DNA of 60,459 bases, the filler included, from Dirinaria sp. TL-2023a (lineage: Eukaryota), in NCBI GenBank assembly GCA_051941275.1. It is 8 parts of 8 records of this genome, joined end to end, with 100 filler letters (N's around TTAATTAATTAA, not from the genome) between each part and the next. Parts side by side here need not be neighbours in the genome. Positions count along the whole stretch, not along the records: positions 7,581 to 15,058 come from JAVEBF010001307.1; positions 15,159 to 22,632 come from JAVEBF010001308.1; 6 more parts are not named here. One strand, 5' to 3'. Numbering within the stretch: the stretch's first letter is position 1; every line of letters begins with the position of its first letter. Both the position numbers and the translations under genes were made by a program. Below, in pieces: positions 12,939-22,732 of this stretch. Below the pieces are notes generated by a model. It saw only the letters and a list, made by a program, of their open reading frames with translations. It was not told where the DNA came from and did no database searches.

Positions 12939-14091
12939 ATGACAAGAATTCGGGTACCTGCTTCGACCGCTAATTTAGGTATGTCTTTACACAGCCATTC
13001 TTACTGCACGTCCCAATTGACCGCCGCCTAGGGCCCGGCTTTGACGTTTTTGGGCTTTCATTAAAACCCGCGACTGCTTCTCCAAAATTCAGCATGTGTC
13101 TCGAGCTCCAAATTGAGCTGTTGCCTCAAGGAACTTCGGTGCCGGGAAATTGTGAGATCATATGCGAAGGTGAAGGTGCAGACAATTTCAGCCGTGCTTG
13201 TGACGAGAACTTGGTCACTCAAGTTGCACTATATGTCTTGAGATCTCACGGAATATACGGGTCAGTGAGTCCCTCTGAAGGTGGCCGCAGATTTTGCTCT
13301 ACAGACCCCATGCTGACTCCAAAAATTGCGCCAGCTTCCCATCTGCCACCAGGATACGTATGTACTCTGGGATCCCCTTATCCCGAGGTCTAGGGTCATC
13401 GGCTGCTGCAGTCGTTGCCGGTGTAATGCTGGGCAACGAGATCGGCCATTTGAATCTATCCAAGGACAGGATGTTTGACTACTGCCTCATGGTGGAGCGT
13501 CACCCCGACAACATTGGTGCAGCTTGCTTTGGCGGATTCATTGGCGCGTTCATGAAGATGCAGATACCACCTAGTGAACCTAGTGAGACGCTGTCTAAAA
13601 GCCTGGGTGCCCCGCCTCAGGATATCGGAAGCTATCACCATTTCCGGTTCAATCCCGACATCAAGATAGTAGTTGTTATCCCGGACTTCCATCTCAGTAC
13701 TGTGAACGCGCGAGGGCGCCTCCCCAAGACCTATTCTCGCGAAGACGCGGTATTTAATGCCCAACGCTGCTCTCTGCTCCCCGCTCTCCTCGCCGAAACA
13801 CCTTTGAATCCAGCAAAAATTTCGGAGGCAATGTGCGACCGGCTTCATCAACCATATCGAACAGATTTAGTTCCCGGCTTCAGAAATGTCTTGCAGAATG
13901 TAAAGGCCGACGTATACCCTGGCTTATTAGGGGTCTGTCTGAGCGGCGCCGGTCCCAGCATTTTGGCACTCGCGACAAGTAATCTTGAGCAGATCTCCGA
14001 AGCTATTTGCGCAATATTGAAAGAAGCAAATGATATTCGGTATGATTCGCAGATCCTTCAGCTGGATCCTGATGGAGCGACTACTTGTTGA
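12939..14091 (+). CDS. THR1: Homoserine kinase (GHMP family), 3 exons (introns 12979-13031, 13261-13334); divergent
   Basis: RVPASTANLGPGFDVFG, GHMP loop IPLSRGLGSSAAAVVAG, ERHPDN, DRLHQPYR, CLSGAGPS. Confidence 0.9.
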
Positions 14092-15058
14092 AGAACACCC
14101 TCCATGCTTCCATCGTAAACCTATCTACCTGAAATAATGCCGCCGCTTGCAATTTCATCTCGGATCTCAACCTTGACTTTGCTGGGCGCGGCAAGAGATT
14201 TCGCAGTTGATCTATCAAGTATGAGGGAACCTTCATCTACGATACGCAGGAAAGAGAAGCCTTAAATGATAATTGGGGGATATCAAAGTAAGATTGAACG
14301 TGGCACGTAAGCAAGAAAATGTTGATTACCCAGTAAGAATGATGGTCTTTAACGCCAAGCAGCCACGGCCCGGCATCTTGAAAACCACAAAAGACATCAT
14401 TCTCAACCCAAAAGTCACCACCTAGCTCTACAGACATTTTCCAGTCATTGCTTGCGCCAATGATGGACTCGCTTTGCGTTCATAGCAACCACGAGCAAGC
14501 CTGCCCCGTCCAGATTAAAAAATCAGACCATACATCCCGATTTCAGAACGTTTGCAATACGCATAACCTGTGCTTCAGAGATGGGAAACCGTGATGACAT
14601 CAAAGAAGCAAGGAGCAGCATCGTACTTTAGCTAAAGACAGTCACGGAATCGGATTGTGCCGCCTGGCCGGCGATCCATAGTATCTCCTCATCGAAGGAA
14701 TCCAAGATGAGGAATTCTGATACGATATTGAAAAGCAAATTTACTGCATACCTCGAAAACTCAAGCGTAGGGAGCAGAGTTGACGAACATCCAAGGAAAA
14801 AAAAAACCAAAAAAAAAAAAGTCGCAAAGCGACCTAAGATAGGTATCCATAGACGCAAGTAGACATGCCTTACCTTATTCAAGCAGAAGGACCTATATAC
14901 CATAAAAAACAAAGAGGTAGAAAGAACCCTCCTCTCCCCCCTCAAAAAAAATTTTTTTTTTCATTCTTTTTTTTTTCTTTCCAAACAGCACTTCCAACGC
15001 TCTCCTCCTCTCACCCTCAAGGTAGAAAGATCAAATCAGATATCAGTCAGTCATGGAA

Positions 15059-15158
15059 NNNNNNNNNNNNNNNNNNNNNNNNNNNNNNNNNNNNNNNNNN
15101 NNTTAATTAATTAANNNNNNNNNNNNNNNNNNNNNNNNNNNNNNNNNNNNNNNNNNNN
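15059..15158. other. Artificial contig-join linker
   Basis: N44-TTAATTAATTAA-N44. Confidence 0.99.
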
Positions 15159-15683
15159 ACTTAATCCAATTCAGTCCCTCCGCCTCTTCTGAGGATGATG
15201 ATGAGAAGGAGGTGATTCTGCTTCGGACGAAATTTGAAGGGAAAACGAAGAAGCGGGAGGAGGAGGATAAGACTGAGGCTAAGACTGAGGGTCAGAAGAA
15301 GCAGAAGAGTCTCCTGGCTCCGTGGATGAGGGGCGGGAATGAGGAGTTGAAGAGGAGGTTTCGGGAGAGTGAGAAGGTGAAGAAGGGAGGGGGTGAGGGT
15401 AAGGAGGAGGAGAGCGCGGAGTTGAAGAGGAGGTTTAGGGAGAGTGAGAGGGTGAAGAAGAAGAGAGGAGGGGATGGTAAGGGGGAGGAGAGCGTGGAGT
15501 TGAAGGAAACATCCGAGGAGGAGTTGGAGAGGCAGATTGTAAGTTTTGATTTGATTCCCCCCCCCCAACATGGGTAGATATTTCTAGGAGGATGCAACTG
15601 ATGGGTTCGGTGGCTAGGAGGAATTTGGAAGGAGGGCTGAGAAGCACGGAATTCGATCGAATGCTAAGGGAAAAGAGGGGTAA
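15159..15683 (+). CDS. 3' fragment of an unidentified charged protein, 5'-truncated by the contig edge
   Basis: The frame is open from the contig start to a GTAAGT donor at 15539. CTGAT branch and TAG acceptor at 15617; last exon EEFGRRAEKHGIRSNAKGKEG*. Confidence 0.5.
15344..15506 (+). repeat. Coding tandem repeat, 75/78-bp period (ELKRRFRESE-K/R-VKK...EES x2 plus a partial third)
   Basis: GAGTTGAAG units start at 15344, 15419 and 15497. Confidence 0.85.
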
Positions 15684-16443
15684 GGTATGGGATGCTGGGT
15701 GGGAGAGCAACAGAGGCGTATTGAGTGGGCTTGAGATGTGGATTGGATCATGGAATCAAGCGTGCAGCTTTTTTATGGATCACTTTGAAAGTTGAGACAT
15801 AAGTGACTTGATCATGTATGTTTGCAGCGTGCGATAGTGCGATACCTCGTTATGAGGCTGACAGTTGAATGGTCTTGCAAATCTTCCCTCAGGAGCCAAA
15901 TCAAAGCTGGTTGTAGAGATGGGGAGACCTTGAGAATGGAGATGAGAGAATGATGCTTGGAGATGTGAATGGAAAGAGAAAAGGAAGTGCGTTCACAGGA
16001 GAGCAAGTGAACCAACGAGCCATCAGCGCGGGCCTAGCCATAATCTCATGGCCAAGTAGAACTTGGTGTAAGAAGCCAGGTGTGGAGTGAAGCAGCTTTC
16101 AAGTAGGAGTGAATAACGCGAGTTCTGTGCTACGTTAGCAAAAACCCCATGACTGCCCTTACGCTCGATAGCTTAGGAGTAATTAAGAGCTCACTCACCT
16201 CAGGTGAGCAAAAGAAAGAATGCTCCTGTCTCAGCGGCAGTCAGTAGCAGGCGATGCACTCGGCCAGACTGTCAAAACAGGGCAGGATCATGGAAAGTAA
16301 TGCAGGTCACAAAAATATTGTGAACACAGTTTCACGACTTGCTCGTAGATCTCAAGAGTTTTTTCTACTCCTGGTAGATACTGCCCAATTCTACGTCCTA
16401 ATCCAGCTATGCCAGTTCACTGACCTGCAGCATGTAGAATGGT

Positions 16444-16936
16444 TTAATGGGCCTGTCGAGGTCCCTGCGAGTCGTTCTTCGGTCCTTGACGCTCACCCGC
16501 CTAGGATCAAATGAGCATTAGATATCTCAGTTGCAGGAGAGTACGGGTGATGTCTGACCTCAGTCTCCTGCAGCGTTCCTCGCTCCAGAATCTGGACCAT
16601 ACACTCGTCCTCATTCTTGGTACCGAACTCGTTCTCCAGAGTGGACTTGCTAGGGGCATCGTATGCGTTCTGAGCTCCGTGCCTGTAATCGACAACCGTA
16701 CGTTAGTATCGAATGTCAAATTCAAAGAAGCAGCAGCATTGCGTGGGGATATAGAGTACGCTCGATGCTTACTTATGAGTGACGAAGATTTTGAAGCCGC
16801 TGACAACCTGTGCCAACGGGATTGAGCGGTCGTTCTTCCAGTCCTGCACTGCCTTCACGTCGTCAACAAAGATCACGAAGTCCTCGTCCTTGCCCTGGTA
16901 ATGCATCTTGGACTGGGAAGCGTTTCCACGAGGCAT
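16444..16936 (-). CDS. RTC3: Small SBDS N-terminal-domain protein (Rtc3/YHR087W-like), 3 exons; absent from the ORF track
   Basis: Spliced product MPRGNASQSKMHYQGKDEDFVIFVDDVKAVQDWKNDRSIPLAQVVSGFKIFVTHKHGAQNAYDAPSKSTLENEFGTKNEDECMVQILERGTLQETEAGERQGPKNDSQGPRQAH*. LENEFGT is the family motif. Confidence 0.9.
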
Positions 16937-17298
16937 TTTGGAAAGTTTAGTCAGTTGTTCTTGTAGTAGTAGATATGATGTTCTGGGAGTAGAAAATCAA
17001 TTCAGGTGAAGTTAGGTAGGAGTACTCCGTACAATTGAATACTGCCCTGATCTTTGTGCAATACACACGAGGGGCAGTGTAATGTGTCGGTCCGTTGACC
17101 CGCCTTTGAGGTCACTTTAGACACGTGACCTACTTTATGGATGCATTACACGGTAGTTGTTTCATCTATACAGAGTCACAAGTACCTTCAGAAGTCAATT
17201 CGGGCTTTCAGTGACGCAAGATCACATGGCTCGCTAGGGAAAAAGCTTTTTCGAGTTGGAAAAAGGCACGGTTCGTCCCTGCCACGGAAATTCTAAGT

Positions 17299-19564
17299 CT
17301 ATAATGTCGGAGCCCGCTTCAAGCCTACGCAGTATCTTACGAAGAGGGTATCTAGAAAATGCTCATGTCGTATCCCCGGCGGTCTATGTGCCGCAAACTC
17401 ATCAATCGCTTGTTGAACACCGTAACCCTCTCGTTCAATGAGGTAGCAACACAAGAAGAATCCCGTCCTGTTAAACCCGTAATGACAATGGACCCCTATC
17501 AATGCATCCTCCCTACCTACTTCTCCTAGCTTGGCTCTCAAGCGATCAATGAGCTTGTTGAAATCCCTGGTTTCTTCCGGAGTAGGCGGGATCTTGGACA
17601 CCGTTGGGAATTTGTGGTACTCCATACCCCCTTCGTCCAGATCCTTCGGGTCGTAAACAGGACTCTCGTGGCTGATGTCGACCACAGCCTTGATTTTGTC
17701 TTTCCACTCCCGGACGAAGATGTCCGGGCGATGTGTGCTGTCAATCTGGCGAAGCGTCTTTAATGCGCGGAATATGCCAGCAATAGGTTCTGAAACAGGC
17801 TTGACAGCTTGCCATTTGGCGAGGTTTTTGACATCCCATTTCCCACCGGTTGACAGATGTTGAAGCTGCCACCCAAGCGAAAGTCGGCTATCAACATGGT
17901 CATACAAAAAAGTATGGATCAAGCCAGCTAGCGTGCGATATGTGGTAGGATCATAGAGCAAAGCGTGCGAGGCGGGAGCTGGGAGAATGCTCGTCTTCAC
18001 CACTCGGCCTCGCCTTGAGTACGCCGATGGATCATCGCTCTCCATCGCAGCATCTTTTTCGATATCCTTGATAATTGTTGTTTCGGTGTTGGCTGTGCTG
18101 TGATCCTGCAAGGTGTCTGAACCACCTTTTCCGGGAGCCATTTGAAATCCCTCTTGTGCGGATCTGGCTGCTGCCGTTCCAACTGCGCCATCGGAAACAT
18201 GAGCCTTGTTTGGTTTTGTTGTCTCCCGTATTGCTTCGCTAATCTTTGCAACCTCTTCAGGTCTCGTGATGTTATCCGCTTCGCCGGCGACAAGGAAAAG
18301 CGGTATCTGAAGGCTACCCCAGACCTCTAAAGGCGGAAGACCTTCCGCAGACCCAGGCCCATCTAAGCCCGTTCCAAGTTTAGGCAACATTCCCCAAGCC
18401 ATCCTTCGCCAGACAGCGGTACGGCTTTGTGAATTATACCTCTCTTGCATTTGCTTGGTCTCCGCATCTGCATGCGGGCCAACGAAGCGGGCTACACTAG
18501 AGCTTTCGGGTCCACCCCGCCTATCCCATCTCCGCCACAGATCGAAGATTGGAGTAGGTATACTGAGCAATCGACGTAGAGGCGTCGCCTGCTCACCGGA
18601 GAAAGGGGAAGCCCTTGGGCAGACAGCTACAAGACCTAGGATCTCATAGTTGGTCTCTGTTTTCAGGGCGGAGAGAGGCGATGCTAGCAAGACCGATAAT
18701 GAGCAGCCCATGCTGTGCGCAATGAGTACGACGCCTTGCGCTTGACTCGCCCTGCAATGTACTTCAATGACCTTCCCCAAAAGCTCTGCCAACGCGGCAG
18801 GTGTGTAGTGCTCCCAGGCTGTCGGTTCGTATTTCGATAGCCCACATCCCGGCAAGTCAATGCCTAAACAGGGTGCAACATTGACCAGACTGGTTAGGAG
18901 TGGGTTGAATTGGGCCAGGGAGCCCCCAAGGCCATGCACAAATACTAGAAGTGGCAGTGGAGTAGGCACTGAAGGAAGCTTGCCTGCTTGAGGATGAGGT
19001 CTGTAGAACGTGCGAATACTCGGGTAAGTGCCTGTAGATGTAGTGTAGGACTTGAATGTAGAGTGCTTTTTCAGAAGACCAGGATCAGTGCTCTCTGCGT
19101 CTGTACCGAGTCAGCAACGGACTTGATGGCCATGAAGTGTGGCGGCTACACTCACCGAGACTGCTACTATTGGAGCCATTCAGGACTGAGCGGCGCACGC
19201 TTTTGTGATGGCTTCCGGTCGCCGCATATCTCTCACTTTCTGCTCTCCTCCTCGTTCTCCATATGCCACATGCGCCGATAAGACTGCACAGGGCCATCAG
19301 CTGCACCAAACCCCAACCTCCAACACTATCTTGGATGGCTCGTACATAGCGATGCCGTATCAGCTGCGAAGCAAAGGCACGCACAGAGCGGAGCCAATAT
19401 TCGAGACTCTGGTCCTCACTTTCCGCACTCCTACGAACGACTTTGGTAAGAGGTAGGAATGAGGGTTCAGCCAGCGCACCCACCGTCAGTAGCGAGATAA
19501 GGATCAGGAACAGAAACAGAGACAGACATCGCTGCGTATATGTAGCTTGGCGACGTATTGCCAT
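17299..19564 (-). CDS. Fusion: hydrophobic N-terminal segments + alpha/beta hydrolase + CX5R cysteine phosphatase (RNA 5'-triphosphatase/DUSP11-like); 2 exons
   Basis: Hydrolase motifs VFVHGLGG, GIDLPGCG, AHSMG (18720-18706), AGEAD, ASHAL. Phosphatase loop HCHYGFNRTG (17490-17461). An intron (GTGAGT donor ~19155, CAG acceptor ~19101) joins the N-terminal exon starting MAIRRQ at 19564. Confidence 0.88.
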
Positions 19565-20149
19565 TGCTGACCATCCTCCTGGGATGTTCGAGCGATATGA
19601 ACGAGCCAATGACGAAGGCGCAAAGAGGCAGATGCAGCGTTGTTTGGACACGGGCTTCTAGCGGAAGTGGCTGCGTTAGGACGGCAATTGCCCTCCAAGA
19701 CCCTGATCTTGCTATTGAAAGAGGAATAGGGAGGCTCTTGTCGCTCTCAGAATGTCAAAGTTCGGATACGGTCCGAGACGACCCTGGAATCAATCGTAGT
19801 AGTATGAAGGATGGCGATGCCGCTCTATGATGGCGGCCGATGAATGGCTGCACATGATGAATAATAGTTTCCCGTCGCTCTGGGTCATTTTCCGCAAAGG
19901 GTATGTTCTGTACTCGTACCGCAATAATAGGTCGTAGAAGTTCTCATACCTCCGGAACAACCGTCTTGAAGGCGAATCGTCCTCGGCAAATGACGAACTC
20001 GACGAGAATGACGGGGTTTATCACAATTTCGTCGCCTATTTCAACCTGTTGCGAAAAACTAAACTTACTTTTTACCTCTCTTATTATTCGCCACTTGCCA
20101 ATCATCCCCATCAACAATTTCACCCACTCTACGATTGATCAACTATACA

Positions 20150-20517
20150 ATGTCCTCAGCCACGTCGCATTGAGACCAGTTGTAGGCAAGACGTCCGTCA
20201 CCAATATTTCTGCTCCGGCACATGCCCTACATCAGCTTCTCTCCTTCCGGCTTCGGGACTCACCGCAATTCGCCATTCAGACTACTTTAGATACTACCTT
20301 AGCAACAGTGCACGAGACCATCGTGAGCTCTTCTACTATATCCGCTTCAATCATGTCTCTATAATCGTGAAGAGCTCTCCTTGTCTTCGCTAGTCCTTGT
20401 CGTACTTCATAGTACGAGATTTTGGCCTCCACCTTTGTACCAATACATATCTTCTCTCGAGAGACGTATCTCTAATCCTAAGTTTCTCTTCCGCTTTCAA
20501 TGTCCAACCGTTCGTGA
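20150..20517 (+). promoter_or_regulatory. Four short upstream ORFs and a CCG-N4-CGG site before ILV3
   Basis: uORFs 20150-20173 MSSATSH*, 20222-20290 (22 aa), 20353-20364 MSL*, 20500-20517 MSNRS*; CCGGCTTCGG at 20247-20256. Function is inferred and the TSS is unknown. Confidence 0.5.
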
Positions 20518-20540
20518 AATAGTACGCGACACATAAAGTT

Positions 20541-22541
20541 ATGGATTTATCGAATCTTGAGAAACAAAACTTGCCCGAAGAACCCAGATTCCTTGATTTT
20601 CCTCATCTGCCAGACGATGCCACAACCTCGGATGGCCAGCCGAAGCTTAATAAGTACTCATCAACCATAACTCGGAATCATGACTTTCCCGGTGCTCAGG
20701 TATGGTGGAGCTGCTGTTGTCTGAAGCTGCCAGCTGCTGAAGCTATTGCAGGCAATGCTCTACGCAGCTGGGGTGCCAAGTAGCGATGCCATGAAGAACA
20801 GCCCTCACGTCGGTGTGGCGTCCGTCTGGTGGGAAGGAAACCCATGCAACACGCATTGTGAGTACAATATACCTCTTCAAGCCAAGTCACGTGGCAGACT
20901 TCATTGTTCGAGGTAACTGACCATGGCCAGTACTTCACCTTGGTAAGACTGTCAAGGACGCTGTGATCAAGCAGGGCATGCTGGCCTGGCAATATAATAC
21001 GATTGGGGTATCGGATGCGATTACTATGGGGAATGAAGGTGCGCGAGGAGCCTCCGGCTCCAGCCAGCATATTAATCGTCTCAGGTATGCGCTTTTCGTT
21101 GCAAACGAGAGAGATCATAGCCGACAGTATTGAGACTGTGACCTGCGCTCAGCAGCATGATGCTTGCATTGCGATACCGGGCTGCGACAAAAACATGCCA
21201 GGAACCATCATTGCAATGGCTCGCCACAATAGACCATCATTGATGCTCTACGGAGGATCAATGGCCGTAGGCTTTAGCAAGCTCCTCCGTAAACGGATCA
21301 ATATCTCAACTTGCTACGAAGCTAGCGGCGCCTACATATATAACAGTCTCGTTCAGCCTGACGATGGTGGTGACACCACTAAAAGTAAGGATGAGATCAT
21401 GGACGATATCGAGCAGCATGCTTGTCCAGGGGCTGGTGCTTGCGGAGGCATGTATACAGCTAACACGATGGCCACCGCAATCGAATCAATGGGTCTCACT
21501 CTTCCCGGCTCCTCTTCCACCCCAGCGGAGTCCCCGGCAAAGATGCGGGAATGTGCCAAAGCTGCCGAAGCTATCAGGACCTGCATGGAAAAGAACATCA
21601 AGCCCAGGTCTCTGCTCACAAAACGCTCCTTCGAGAACGCAATGGTCATAATTATGGCTCTAGGTGGTAGCACCAACAGCGTCTTACACTTCCTCGCCAT
21701 AGCGGCCACAGCCGGCGTTTCCCTAACTCTCGACGACTTCCAGCGCGTCAGCGACAAGATCCCTTTCATAGCTGATCTCCAACCCAGCGGCAAATATTAC
21801 ATGACCGACCTGTACGAGATCGGTGGAGTACCCTCGGTCCAGAAGCTCCTTGTCGCGGCCGGCCTGCTTGACGGAGACATACCAACCGTAACAGGGAAAA
21901 CTCTCGCCGAGAACATCGCTTCATACCCATCACTGCCCCAAGATCAAGTCACGATCCGCCCACTTGCGAATCCGATCAAAGCAACGGGGCACATCCAGAT
22001 CCTGCGCGGCAATCTTGCCCCCGGCGGCGCAGTGGCCAAGATAACAGGCAAAGAAGGCACACGATTCACGGGAAAAGCGCGCGTCTTCGACAAGGAAACC
22101 CTGCTGGACCGCGCGCTCACCGCAGGCGAGATCAAACACGGGGAGAACCTGGTGCTCATCGTGCGGTACGAGGGCCCGAAAGGCGGGCCGGGCATGCCGG
22201 AGCAACTGAAAGCGTCTGCCGCCATCATGGGCGCCAAGCTGACCAACGTGGCCCTCGTGACCGACGGCCGCTATTCGGGGGCTAGCCACGGCTTCATCGT
22301 GGGCCACGTCGTCCCCGAGGCTGCGGTCGGGGGCCCCATCGCGGTCGTGAGGGACGGCGATACCATCACCATCGACGCCGAGAAGAACGAGATCCGCATG
22401 GACGATGTGGGCGACGAGGATATTCGCGAGAGGTTGAAGGGGTGGAAACGCCCGACGAGGAATGTGACCAGAGGCGTGCTGGCTAAGTATGAGGCGCTGG
22501 TGGGCGATGCCAGTCATGGTGCCCTTACGGATGATTTCTAG
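20541..22541 (+). CDS. ILV3: Dihydroxy-acid dehydratase, Ilv3B-type paralogue with no mitochondrial presequence; 4 exons (introns 20700-20751, 20858-20930, 21039-21084)
   Basis: [77 protein letters not shown]. The N-terminus [21 protein letters not shown] is acidic. Confidence 0.95.
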
Positions 22542-22632
22542 CCCGAGTATGTCAACGCTGCCAGGGTGGTACTTGCTTCGCGACTGTGTTTTTTAAAAAA
22601 GGGGGGAAGAAAGGGGGAACAGGGGGTTGGGT

Positions 22633-22732
22633 NNNNNNNNNNNNNNNNNNNNNNNNNNNNNNNNNNNNNNNNNNNNTTAATTAATTAANNNNNNNNNNNN
22701 NNNNNNNNNNNNNNNNNNNNNNNNNNNNNNNN
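22633..22732. other. Artificial contig-join linker
   Basis: N44-TTAATTAATTAA-N44. Confidence 0.99.

Noticed and set aside
19903..20364. 153-aa ORF upstream of ILV3
   Set aside because: Ser/Thr/Ile-rich translation of promoter/leader DNA with no domain; only its last codons coincide with uORF3.
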